64,000 nt of DNA from Tubiluchus corallicola (taxonomy: Eukaryota > Animalia > Priapulida), in the NCBI GenBank assembly GCA_030141605.1, contig JAQGDQ010000282.1, positions 186,001 through 250,000 on the forward strand. Reading direction: 5' to 3'. A model generated the notes under the pieces. It was not told the origin of the DNA. It saw only the letters and a program-made list of their open reading frames with translations, and did no database searches. How positions within the stretch are numbered: the first letter of the stretch is position 1; each line of letters begins with the position of its first letter. Below, one piece after another: positions 52,901 through 64,000 of the stretch. The position numbers were made by a program, and so were the translations under genes.

Positions 52901-53407
52901 TAAGCTTTTCCATGGTAATTGTTGTGATTTTATTTCCTATAGTGCACGGACATTATCCAGTTGTTGTGTATTCATAACTTTTCTCTTTCTATTACTCAAA
53001 TCTTTTATTGAAAAATTGTTTTCTGTTTCAAAATTTAAGCGACAGGTGGCAGCACAATTCTATAAGAATTTAGTGACTTACAGAGCTTGCATTATAAAGT
53101 CGAAAATACAATTGCTTAAGTGACCAAAGAACATGATGGAATGCATGACAAGATGTGTTATTATACCTACAAAAGTAATATAAAATCTTATATGTTTTTT
53201 CTTAGCGATACGGGATTGAGAAAGAGAACACGGCAAGAGCGTAACAAGGATCTCAGCGAAAAGATTGAGCAAATGAAGCGGAAACAAAGAGAGAGTGAGA
53301 AGCCATACTATAAGAGATCAGCAATTCGACCGCTTGCCTACGCTGCGGGAATTCTAATCATTCTGACTGGTGGTTTCTTACTGTTTAGATACTACCACCA
53401 TTCATAG
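37917..53407 (+). CDS. PTPN1/PTPN2: Non-receptor protein tyrosine phosphatase, PTP1B/TC-PTP (PTPN1/PTPN2) orthologue, ~427 aa
   Basis: Exons 37917-37982, 38706-38802, 42811-42908, 46862-46960, 48466-48612, 50071-50280, 51102-51275, 52619-52809, 53206-53407(TAG); 1284 nt, continuous frame. Motifs [68 protein letters not shown]; C-terminal basic helix and hydrophobic tail anchor. Confidence 0.96.
39924..40086. repeat. (TA)n microsatellite with flanking inverted repeats
   Basis: CTTACTGTTAAATTTT (~39924) / AAAATTTAACAGTAAG (~40002) and TTTTATTGTTT / AAACAATAAAA around TA runs. Confidence 0.8.
40263..40440 (+). mobile_element. Degenerate copy of the AAAAATGGCACAGG repeat family
   Basis: Shares ATGGCACAGGAAAAA, AAAAGTAGG.AAAACGGCA and TTTTAGTTATTTTTACCT.TGCCAA.GAA.TTATGC with 56842-57151. 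Confidence 0.65.
43610..43866 (-). mobile_element. Interspersed repeat, copy 2 (inverted homologue of 19645-19925)
   Basis: TCCCAGTGTGCACC..TGATTCACCAAAAA, TTGCTTAGTTAGT and TTTCAAACGACTTACGTTAAAATG match copy 1. Confidence 0.7.
45361..45422. repeat. 31-bp tandem duplication within a probable decayed TE
   Basis: GAATCATACACCTGAGGCC(A/G)TGAGGCGGATC occurs twice in tandem. Confidence 0.9.
46195..46500 (-). mobile_element. Possible decayed RTE-type LINE fragment
   Basis: Frameshifted minus-strand peptide resembling [19 protein letters not shown], similar to the post-RT region of RTE ORF2; weak. Confidence 0.35.
51875..52274. mobile_element. hAT-like MITE, 400 bp
   Basis: Perfect 8-bp TSD ATTGGCAT (51867-51874 and 52275-52282); imperfect TIRs CTGTAGCGGAT / ATCCGCCGCTG; subterminal AAGCCTAAGGCCC repeats. 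Confidence 0.85.
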
Positions 53408-54953
53408 GATTGTAGCATGTAGCTATATTTTTCCGGTTAAGGAGATTGTTAAGTATTTATAGTTTTACTTCGTACAATTTCTGGAAATAATTTTATTAAT
53501 TAGTTTCAGTTATTTATTAGCATGTTGATACCTTGGGAAGGGTATGATTTTAAACTTGGTGGCTGTTTTTACAAAACGCATCTTATTGACGCTGTTTCAT
53601 TTAATCATATCATATGATTTTAGCTGAGCTCAGATTTGTTACCGCTTTTGCAATTCACATAGGCATTTTATGTACTAATCGAAACTTTCCTGGGTTAACC
53701 AATTGTGTAGCTATAGCTAATTTAATAACATACATTTGTCATGATTTGTGATAGAAACATTTGTTGACAGCTAGGAGCCTGCGATTAATGTTTATTAATT
53801 GTAATTGATAACAGTTTGAGCACACTTAACGCTTAAAACTTTGGGTGAGCTTTGTAATTTTAGCCTCAGAATTTGCTTTATTATTTATATAATAATTGAT
53901 AAGTCGTCATTTGATAAAAATGATTATTATTAACATTTTGAACTAGTAACTTTACATTTATTTTTCATTATAGCATTTCTTGTCTGACTATTACACATTC
54001 TCTATCACCTGCCTTGTACAAATTTGTACATAATTAATAATAGATATATAAATACAGTTTATTATGTAAAATGTTATATATCATGTCTGTTATTCAATTA
54101 AGATAACGATGTTTTTGTCTTAACCTGGGAGTGACCCTGTTAGTTGTTTTGTTCGTTACTTGTCTTTTTTAGTTACATAAATATTTTTGTAATTTTGCTG
54201 TAATAGTTGTTATTGTTGTTGTTGTTTGGCTGTCATAAAGGAAAACGTAGTTAAAAATTCATGAAGTAAGAATTATGAATTACATTTATTTTATTCACGC
54301 TGTCGCTGTAAATTCAAGTCACATATAATTTAAAATTGTACCAGCTACAATTAGACATATATTCAATCAGAATTTTCACTGATGGTGTCAGTGATTTTGT
54401 AAACAATTTACTGTTAGTAATGAATGACTGGTATCTTCTTTTGACAGAAAAATTAAATTGTTAAAGACTAGTTTAAAGTACAAGAAAAGTGAAGAGTTTC
54501 AAAAAATGTACATTACAAAAATGTACTACTTTATTGTAATTTTATGCAAATGAAGTAATCTTGTTTGCAGCTTTTGTCCAACGTTGATTAAATTTTTGCT
54601 GGATTTTGGTGGTTAGCATGTGTCTTTAAGATGGACTTACATCTTTTTGCGCTAAGATAGCCTATGTGGTGTGACCTATGATAAAGCCATTTGTTGTGCT
54701 TATTGCACAGTGCTATTACACTTCGTCATAGTTTCTACTTACAAACTTTGAAATTTCCTTGAAATTTTAGATGTAAGATATGTAAAAAAACTTTCAGTAT
54801 TTTATTTGGTGCAGAGGTTTTTAATTATCGGAAAATTGACAATTTTTTTTGTAAAGTATGTGACATATTGTATACACCTTAGCCCACTCAACAGGTTGCA
54901 AAATCTTATTGTCACTGCGGTAATTATACGTTATATTCAACATTAGCAGAGTA

Positions 54954-55116
54954 GATCTGTGTAACGTCATACAATGTTACATCTAGGGATCCATGACATC
55001 ATACAGTGCTAGGTTTGGGGATCCGTGACATCATACAATACTGCATCTAGGAATCTGTGACGTCGTACAGAGCTACATCTGAGGATCCATGACGTCGTAA
55101 AAAGCTACATCTAGGG
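54954..55116. repeat. 32-bp minisatellite (~5 units) in the probable PTP 3'UTR
   Basis: Consensus ~GATCCATGAC(A/G)TCATACAGTGCTACATCTAGG. Confidence 0.85.
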
Positions 55117-56841
55117 CATAACAAACTGGAATAACAATAATGTCTAGCAATACGATTTTTCAAGTTGGTTTCTCAGAATTTTTTTTTAAAAGTCCATTCT
55201 CTCATCCCTTAACCCTGGAATGCTAAAGGCAGTTGTACATCTTTGGAGAAATCATGATTTTGGTAACATGAATCAAATGTGATGAAAAGTGGAAAATCAG
55301 TCCTGTTAAGATTATAAAAATTTTCGTACATTGTTGAAGTTGTTTACAAATTCTTTACTAGTCCAAAATAGTATTTGCAAAAAAAAGTTGAACATTTGTG
55401 ACATGTCTACAACAAGGACATTTCCTGTTAAAGTTTTTAATAAAAGTATAAATAGTTTAAAGGTTTGTAAGATAGAGTAAGTCTGAGTTTAAAAGAGTAT
55501 TATTAATTAAAAAGGAAAGCAAAACTTGTGCACGTCTCTCTGCATTTTTAAGTCCCCAAAATCATGTTTTATTTATTGTTATTTGATATTCAAAACATTT
55601 TGATTTATGACACATATAAATATTGCAACCTCATTTTAATGTAAAACTTGTATTTGCACATAAAGCTGTTCCTTCGTTGTTCTTGTTGTTTATGCAATGT
55701 TCGTTTTGAATTACTTTGTATAGATTATTGCATTTCTAAATTTCCCCAAATGGATGTGCAAGAACAGTGTTAAGTGTATATTTTTATGTAAAATAAACCC
55801 TGTTTAGATTAACCATTTCGCATTGACTTGCGTGTTATAATTTGCGATGTTTTCTGAGTCGTTTCAAAAGTTTCTTGTGTTATACATGTATAAGTTATCT
55901 ACAAAGGAGGCAAGTTTATCATTTTATAAAGACCAATTATTTATTTTATTTTCCTCTTACAGTTCCATTTTGCTTGAGTTTAATTTTCCTGATATGCCCC
56001 AGAATTTCTTACGAATCAAGTAACACTCGTGTAAAACAAGACCGTTGAAAAAAATTAACCATTAAAATAACTAATTTATTATTGTGACATTGACACTACA
56101 TGCAGATAACACGGATAGCTAATGATGAGTAAAATACAATATCAAATGGCTCTAGTGAAAACAACGTAATACAAGGGACTCCAGTAATGTATACACGTCT
56201 ATAATCGACCTAACGTAGTTGTTAAAAATATGTACTGCAGTTATTGCAAGTTAAACCTTGAATATATTGGGTGGCGAAGAAAAAATGCCAGACTACAAAA
56301 ATGTTAGAAGCAAGTGCCTATAGAATTAAAGTTGCGCATTGTGGTAAACAGTACTTGGATTTTGGCTGTAAAACTTTATAGCTTCTGTGGTTTTAAGTGA
56401 GTTTAACTGAAAGGCTTTTGCATGTTAAAAATTAAGAGCCGGAAATAAAACACCCAATACATGGTAGCAAAATAATAAAGAAGTCACCAGTTTGTATCAC
56501 TGTCTTCACCTCAGAAAATAAAGCATTGATAAAGATTTTCTATCAAGAATAAATGGAACTTAATCTTCTGGACTATAATATCTAGAATTCCCTTAAAGAG
56601 AAAGTGTACAATGACGTATGGTGCAGAGGAACTAAAGGCAAAAACTGTTGTGTGCTGGAACCAAATACACTTTAACAAAGTGAGAAACTGTATGACCTGT
56701 TGAAAGAAACGCCTGCGTTTAGTTTGCGCTGAAAATAGTAGACGTTTAAAGCAAATGCTGTAAATTTTAACAAAAGTGACAAAATTTTTCCTGCATTTTT
56801 TTCGTAAAATTGATGTTTTAGAACTTCTCTATCTTTGGAAA

Positions 56842-57151
56842 AAATGTAGGGAAAATGGCGCAGGAAAAAATGGCACGGTAAAAACGGCAAAGAAAAAAAT
56901 GGCACAAATTGAAAAGTAGGTAAAACTGGCACAGGAAAAATGGTACAAGAACAAATGTTACAAATGGAAAAGTAGGTAAAAACGGCACAGGAAAAATGGT
57001 ACACTTAGTAAAATATGTGGTTAGGGTCAAGGTTACAGTAGAGGACAATTATTTTAGTTATTTTTACCTTTGCCAAGGAAGTTATGCGTCAACACAGTTT
57101 TACCGTGCCATTTTTCCTGTGCCATTTTTATCTTTGCAATTTTTACACGCG
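56842..57151 (+). mobile_element. Non-autonomous element with internally repeated inverted arms (MITE/HINE-like)
   Basis: Left arm repeats AAAAATGGCACAGG/AAAAACGGCA; right arm is the complement (CCGTGCCATTTTTCCTGTGCCATTTTT); central GGTTAGGGTCAAGGTT. Confidence 0.7.
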
Positions 57152-57529
57152 CAAGGAACAGTCTAGGCGAATGACCTAAAATATTTGGTGTTTATACACG
57201 ATCGTCTGCAATATCAGTCTGGGAATTTTTAAGTGATTCCGCTTCTTTTAATACCTTTAGACAGGTGTTGAATTTGTTCCAGTTTTGCTTTGAAGGAGCC
57301 CTGACTTGCTCTGTTGTTGTTACAATAATCATCATCGTCAACATTCGAAGTACATTACATTATATAATACGATACAATACGATATCGAGCATTTGTGGCG
57401 AAAGGTGCTAAATTCTTATTTCACTATTCGGCAAAAGAAAGCGTCTTACGTAGTGCTTACGGCAATCCGTTTTTCTATGTAAGTCAGTAGGAGCTATTAG
57501 CTCATCTAGCTCACCTAGCAACTAGCTTT

Positions 57530-60500
57530 TCAAAAAGCTAAGTTTGTTTGGTTGCTGAAAATGTTCGTTTGGTTTTGAGGATCAATTGTCAAATCATCGC
57601 CCAGTTCGTAGTGAAACTGAACAATCAGGATAAAATATGTTATTATGATGCTGAAAATCTGAAAAATAAATAAAAAACGACTAAGCCTACTATGTTATAT
57701 TTACTGCTAGAGTGCTAGGCTTTTCTTTAGGGTGAATGCGCATGTTTTTTGGTATTTTCTCCCAACTAATTGTAGTGGACGTTTCAAGGAAAACACTGTC
57801 TGTAAGCGTGGCAGTGACTTTCAGTAAGCAAGTGTTGTGAACAAATATGAGCTCAAGTGTCACGATAACTCACTTTTAAAGTTTTAATGCACGACATATG
57901 GTTATTCAAATGAGTCTAGGAGTTTGTTAATTCACATTGAATTAAATATAACTGTATTGGAACGTAATCGTGTGTAATTAAATTTATTTTATTTAGTGGG
58001 ACGTAATTTAGTGGTTGTGTCCTATGTCTTCACTGTAAATTTGTGATTGCAGATTGCATTTTGTTGTGCGTATGTTACCCCATGCTAGTGCCGAATAAAT
58101 AAAATAAAAATAAATATAAGAATATGGTAACTCACCTTGATGCAAGAGTTACGGAGCGTTCAGACTAGCGAGTTTCCTGGCTAAGTAGCTCGCAAGGGTT
58201 TTCAAACTAGAGAGCAAAACTTGCTGCGAGTTATTTTCCAACGGTAAGCACGAGCTGACATTCACTTCTCAATTCCCTGCGAGAACTGTCGAGAGTAACT
58301 GACTGAAGCGTTCAAGCGTTCACATTACATACAGTAAGTCAACTCGCAGCAACTCGGAGACTTTGCAATTTTTTGCCGACAATTAACTCGTAAAGGAGTT
58401 CACACTTGCGAGTTTGCTGTCAGATAGAAAACTCGCCAGTCTCAAAGCGTCGTTATAGTTACTGACATGGATATGCAAGAATTATAGTTACTAACATTTG
58501 AATACGAGAGTTATAGTTACTCACGCTGAATACAAAAGTTATATTTACTCACATAGAATGCAAGAGTTATAGTTACTAACACCGAATGCAAGAGTTATAG
58601 TTATTCATATTGAAAGCGTGAACTTATATTGTGAAGTTAGGCAACACTTGTGTTGTTGCAATAGGCCAGTCGTATAATTACTTACTACGAATGTAAGCTA
58701 AATTTTACATAGAGCTCAACGTTTTGCAGGTTCCAAAATGAGAAATTGAACTGGCAAAAGTGTCGTAGCTGTATGGATAAGTGCGAATCCAAGGTAGTAA
58801 GGCAGATGAAAATATTCACAGTTAGTGTTCCACATTTACTAACTGTGCCAGTCATTGCCTAACTTTGCTGCGAAGAACACGCCGTAGTCATTCAGGTAAT
58901 GATTATTTATTATTATCTGGTGACGATTATTAACTATAAGTGTAACTGATTCGCTGTAAGAGCAGGTGCAATGATTACTCGCCGTGAGTATAGGTGATGA
59001 TTACTCACCGTAAGTGTAGCTATCATGATTACGCACTATCAGTACAAGTAATGTATTCACCGTAAATACAGGTGTCATGACTACTCATCGTCTGAGTAAG
59101 TGATGAATATTCATTCTTCTAAGTACAAACGCTTCAGGATTACTCACCTTTTGTGCCACGGAATGATAACTATTCACCGTAAGTGCAAGTATCATAATTG
59201 TTCAACTTTAGTGTAAATGTTTGATGATTACTCGCCATACATACTTATCGTAAATACAAGTTAGTGTCATAATTATTCAATGTCATTGATTACTTACAGT
59301 AAGCATAGGTGTTACTATTACTCACCAAATGATGATTTTTCACAAAAAGTGTCATGATTACTGACCGTTAGTGTAAGTAAGGAAGTGAGGATTACTCACC
59401 GTAAGTGCAAGCGACCGATTTATAATGAAGAATCTTGCCGCAGTGAGACCAACTTGTCCGTTTGACAGGCGTGATATAAATACTGAACGCTGAAACGAAA
59501 CAGTTGACATATAAAATCAAAACGACCAGTATGAGATGCTGACTATAAGTGTAAAATTTGCTTGTAGTTCGCCGAGTTCGACACCTTATAGGCCTAGTAA
59601 AAGCCAAAAAGCTAACACAAAGTTTGATATCCGTAGTTTGTGAAGCTTTGATTTCTCATTTAGCACAATTGAGTATAAAATCCACTTGTTTTTTTATTTT
59701 TTTCATGTTTCCTATAGTGTAATGTAGGTGTTGCTGTTATACATCGCCCAATTCTTACCTTCAGCTGTAAGGTATGGCATTACCTTCAATCAAATATAAC
59801 GTATTGCATGTCGTCTTGAAACTAAACTGTAAATTTCTACTCATGAATTCTACCAGCTTTGATAGGCCATTTGTAATAATTCTCGCTGCTGATTGGTTGG
59901 ATTACACTGTTTTCTTGTGAAATGCACACTTGGCTGGGGAGGTTACAAAACCACCCGTGACATGATGTACCTTCATGAAGGTGCCTGTAGCCTACATTTA
60001 TTCCCAGGCTATGAGGATTGGTGACACTACACTGCTAACGCTTTCTTTATTTGACATGGGATTTCAGTACAGTTCGGTTTTCCGTTTTTCTAAAGAATGC
60101 TATACGTAGTACTGTACACAAATTTTATGCGGTGTAATTTTATTCGTTCAACAGTCTTATACTAGATAGTTTTTATAGTTTATTAGTTCCACATATTACA
60201 TATATGTTGAAAAATATCAAACTTTATAACAATATCAAAGCTTTAAAAAACAAGTACGTCAACAAGTGCTTAAAAAGCGAGAATATTTGTGTAAATATTT
60301 GATGTAAATACCCGCACCCGGGTATGCTGAGAAAGGAACGAAGAATAACATTGAAAATACAGACTAGGAGATAGGCAAGGAAAGAGATAAAAACAGTCTT
60401 GTAATGGATAATTTTAGATTTAATTGCGCTTAAAGTAAGTAATCAGAAAAAAGTCAGTTTGCAAAGCGAGATAACATCGGACACTTAGACTGCTCATCTG

Positions 60501-62243
60501 GGTTGCAGGCCCGAATTAACCAAGATGGCGAGGAGATGGTAAACAGTGCAACAAAATATATTTATAAACTTTACGTTTGAAATTTGCATCGTTTTTTGCC
60601 CATGTGTTCAATTAGGAAATTACTCATTTTTGCATGTACAGAGTCATAAATGTAAAATGCTAAGGTAAACGAAAGTAGAATAAGGCCAACATGGCTACCA
60701 TACCTGAACGTCTTCATGCAAGGATAATCCAGATAGTGAATGTAAAATTTCCAATGGTTCATGAATCTGAAAAGTAAATCAATACAGCGTTATTTGTTAC
60801 TTCAAAATAACATTATGTCATTTAGGAAATTTCAGATTTGCTTTTGTTTTTGTAGTCGCTAAGTACAATAAAATAAAAATTAAATGTTGTTGTACTGATT
60901 TGTTAACCCATAGACATCATGTTTTCCTCAATAGCGCTATAACTATACACTTACATTTTCGGGATAACTGAACATGAGGGCACAAGACACAATTTGCATT
61001 TATGTTGCATTTGGGATCATCAGATGCTGTGCCAAAAATGAAAAACACTGAAAACCTAGTACTTTTTCAACTAGTATTTCACCTTATCGTGTAACTTGGA
61101 TCCAATCCATGGAATTAGTAAAAGAATGCAAAACCACACCAAAGCCATGAGCAGAATGATGGTTCTAGTAACTTCTCTGCTTGAGCTTAAACGGTCACTG
61201 AAGAAGACACCTAGGTAGCAGTATACGCAAATAAACACAATCACACACACGTGAGCCATCAAGATGAAACCAGAGTAGATGTCATCAAAAGCAGATACTG
61301 TAACGCACAGTTTCTGGTGCCTTATGCGTAGTTCTTCAATCTTTAATTGATGATTATTTGCAGACGCATTGCTGTTTTTAAGTTCAAGCATTTTTGTGTT
61401 TTGTTGATTGGACATGTCCTTCAGAATTCGCAGATCAGAAGTTATTTTCTCAAAATCCTCTCCAAGTAAGCGAGCATAGATATATAACATATATAAGAGC
61501 AAGAAAAAGGTGATTATAAATGCTTGACTCATGCATGCTGAACTGAATACCACCCATAGTTTCAGGATGAACATGTCCTTGTAGTTGCGAGGAAGAGGAT
61601 AAATTAAATTATTGAACTGTGTAAAATCGAAAAGATTCATGGTCATGGTTGGAATAATCATCATTATGAAACACAACAAATTGTTTACAATACTAATAAT
61701 CATTACATAGGCGAATTTTCGTACAGTCTTTTTCTTGTGTTGTAAGGATTTCGTGTTCACATGTTGTCGTACAGCATGCCACCATTTTTTAAAAAGCCTA
61801 GGATGTGACTTTGCCTTGAAGAAAAAAATGGCCAAATTGATCAATAGCATGCAGTTTATATACAGAACAGATCCATTTATGATAATAGTCATCAAGTCGG
61901 GCGTCCATTCTGTCAGAAACCCTAAAACTGATTTTATTACAAATACAAACGCAAGAAAGAGGCATAAGAGACTGTAGAAGTATGGGAAACTGCAAGTTCG
62001 ATACTCGATATCCGATATTTTTTTCCCATTTTTCTTTATGGTCAGTGGTAGGAGACTGAAAACTTGCAAAACTTGAAGAGCAGGTGCAAAAGAATCAATA
62101 AAGTCTGCATATGTGACCTTCAAATCATAAAGCTCCTCTTGGGATGACGCCTCTTTCACTAGGATCTTTAATCGAGTCCCATAATTTAGTTCTTCAGTTG
62201 TTCCAACATTTAGTTCTTCAGTTGGTTTAACAATATTCTTCAT
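57530..62243 (-). CDS. Gustatory-receptor-like (Grl / 7TM ion channel) protein, ~480 aa
   Basis: Exons 62243-61083 (387 codons, multiple TM helices), 60766-60704 (IHEPLEILHSLSGLSLHEDVQ), 59489-59400 (RSVFISRLSNGQVGLTAARFFIINRSLALT), 57658-57530 (IFSIIITYFILIVQFHY...AF*). Three phase-0 introns near the 3' end and the TM7 TYxxxxxQF motif are hallmarks of the GR/Grl superfamily. Confidence 0.9.
58120..58625. repeat. ~29-bp minisatellite (splice-donor-like unit), interrupted by a MITE
   Basis: Unit ~GAGTTATAGTTACTCACGCTGAATGCAA; the minus strand reads CTTGCATTCAGC|GTGAGTAACTATAA. Confidence 0.85.
58152..58452. mobile_element. PIF/Harbinger-like MITE inserted into the minisatellite
   Basis: TTA TSD (58149-58151 and 58453-58455); TIRs CGGAGCGTTCAGACTAGCGAGTTT / AAACTCGCCAGTCTCAAAGCGTCG; removing it restores a GAGTTA|TAGTTACT repeat unit. 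Confidence 0.8.
58895..59412. repeat. Degenerate ~28-bp minisatellite derived from the Grl exon 3/intron 3 junction
   Basis: Unit ~TCATGATTACTCACCGTAAGTGCAAGTG; the last copy (59391-59412) is the true junction CTTGCACTTACG|GTGAGTAAT. Confidence 0.85.
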
Positions 62244-63811
62244 GGTAGCACAGCGATAATAGTTGTGATGTTCAAGCTACATCAAATCACCTTTGAACTT
62301 GTGACCAATGTTTTGTTTAGCAGAAGAATGTCACTTATTTAATGGCGGACAAAACAGAACGCAGTATCAGTAGTACGTTACATACAAGTATGTCTATACA
62401 GTTCTGAAATTCTAGATAGACTATATATTGCAAATTGCCTAATCAAAAATGGTAGTTCGTGATATAGGCCACTCCAAAACGTTCACGATAATATAAGTTG
62501 TTTGCAAGCAATAGGAGATCAGAAAATTTATACACAAAAACCAGCTTTTTTGTCTCTCCAAGCAGGAACGTTTTAGTTTTTGTAAACTATGATATCATAT
62601 GCAAACGCTGATAACAGAATGTGTTTAGTTACTACCAATATCCATGCATAAATGTTCCTGTTGATTTGCTTTCAGATCACCCTAAAATGTTTGCTATCAA
62701 TGTTTGATATGCCTGTTAATTTTCACTGAGAACAAAAGATCACGCTATTGCGCTGTTAGGACAGAGTCATTATATTCAAATACACGAATCTCCTTTGCCA
62801 TGGTCTATTTAGTCAAGTTATAATATGGACTATATGATAATTGAAACAAGTAAATGACATTTTTCTTGTTTTGTCTTGTAAATTTTACTCCATCTGTATT
62901 TTTCATAAGTAGCAAGAATTCTTGCAACTTTAAACAGCCATAGTTAATTCGTAATTTCGACCTTCGACATAGTTGCATGCGCTTTTAAACTGCTTCCTAA
63001 TTATTAACGTTTTTGTCTTCTGGCTATTTTAGACATGCACAGGGAATAAGCTTGTAACAATTAAAATAACAAATTTTTTTATATTTTTAAGTTGCATGAA
63101 ATCACGCAAACTCATAAAGTAACAACAATAATGTGTACATTGGAAGATAATTGGTGAAAGGGTTTAATGTCAATAAAGATTTATTGACAAAGCGTACATT
63201 TTTCTGTTGACATGTCTCGTTACAGGACAATGGGTGCAAATTGAAAGTAATTTAAACAGAAAAGCATCAGTGATAGCTGACATTGCTCTCAAAAGATGAA
63301 AATAATACACGTTTATGAGGCAGGAACACAGATTTAGCCACCCCGAATTGGTGGGCTGTGAATGTAAGTAATATAGTACGGATGTTTGGCTTTATGAATG
63401 GTGTTCCACTTACGCAAATAGGGGCCTCAAAAGTTGCAGAGGATGTGTGACAGTGGCAGGTTCCAAATAGTTGAATCATATCAGCTCAAAGTACTTTAGA
63501 GCGCTATTTAGGGTTTAGGATGTAACTATTTTATAGGTTTCTGTAAATATTTTACTTAATCCAACTATCCGGCTAACAGATTAATTGCTTTAACTGGCCA
63601 ACTGACAGATCCATTGATCAATCACCTGCCTGCTCTCCAGCCGGCTAGAAAACCAATTCATAACTAATGCTGGCTAATTGCAGGTAATAAGCTAGAAAAA
63701 CCAAAAGCAATTGAGGTGTATGCTTATTTTAATGATTGCCATAGCTAAAATATTTAGAGAGGCACGAAAATTAAATGGATAAATGATCAAAATTTTCAAC
63801 AACTAGTTTAC

Positions 63812-64000
63812 CTTATCGTGTAACTTCGATCCAATCCATGGTATTAGTAAAAGAATGCAAAGCCACACCAAAGCCATGAGCAGAAGGATGGTTCTAGTAA
63901 CTTCTCTGCTTGAGCTTAAACGGTCACTGAAGAAGACACCAAGGTAGGAGTATACGCAAATAAACACAATCACACACACGTGAGCCACCAAGATGAAACT
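63812..64000 (-). CDS. 3' end of a second large Grl first exon (runs off the window)
   Basis: 181/189 nt identical to 61083-61271 by manual comparison; open frame ...VAHVCVIVFICVYSYLG...WIGSKLHDK ends at a phase-0 donor AAG|GTAAAC. Confidence 0.88.

Noticed and set aside
56672-57048. Two F/C/P-rich minus-strand ORFs
   Set aside because: Translations of the AAAAATGGCACAGG repeat element.
58700-58860. Minus-strand frames with CQF / ATTLLPVQF as a candidate Grl last exon
   Set aside because: They lack TY at the correct spacing; the exon at 57658-57530 has a strong acceptor and an exact TYFILIVQF.
58120-59412. Resemblance of spaced ~28-32-bp repeats (also 35380-35535 and 54954-55116) to CRISPR arrays
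   Set aside because: The units are contiguous and degenerate with no unique spacers, there are no cas genes, and the context is eukaryotic introns/UTR.
63267-63479. ORF containing TILLTFTAHQF as a possible 3' exon for the upstream Grl copy
   Set aside because: No similarity to exons 2-4 despite ~96% identity of the large exons, and no TYxxxxxQF spacing.

Overview
AT-rich, intron-rich animal (invertebrate) genomic DNA; the species cannot be fixed from the sequence, and most of the supplied ORF track is spurious. Exons were assembled by hand from GT-AG junctions and reading frame. The window holds: (1) two tail-to-tail paralogues of the MFS vesicular polyamine transporter SLC18B1 (A on +, 1997-14455, ~467 aa; B on -, 17495-28352, ~475 aa); (2) a full-length U1 snRNA gene (32525-32688); (3) a 9-exon PTP1B/TC-PTP (PTPN1/2) tyrosine phosphatase (+, 37917-53407, ~427 aa); (4) a gustatory-receptor-like (Grl/7TM ion channel) gene (-, 57530-62243, ~480 aa, TYFILIVQF motif, three 3' phase-0 introns) plus a second, ~96% identical large first exon running off the right edge; and (5) many MITEs (Kolobok-, hAT- and Harbinger-like), LINE fragments and microsatellites. 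The most interesting signals concern RNA processing: a probable variable-first-exon/shared-constant-exon Grl locus, a pair of duplicated 96-nt, probably mutually exclusive exons in SLC18B1-A, and a Grl intron built largely from tandem copies of its own 5' splice junction. The two transporter paralogues also show reciprocal acid/amide swaps in their transmembrane helices.
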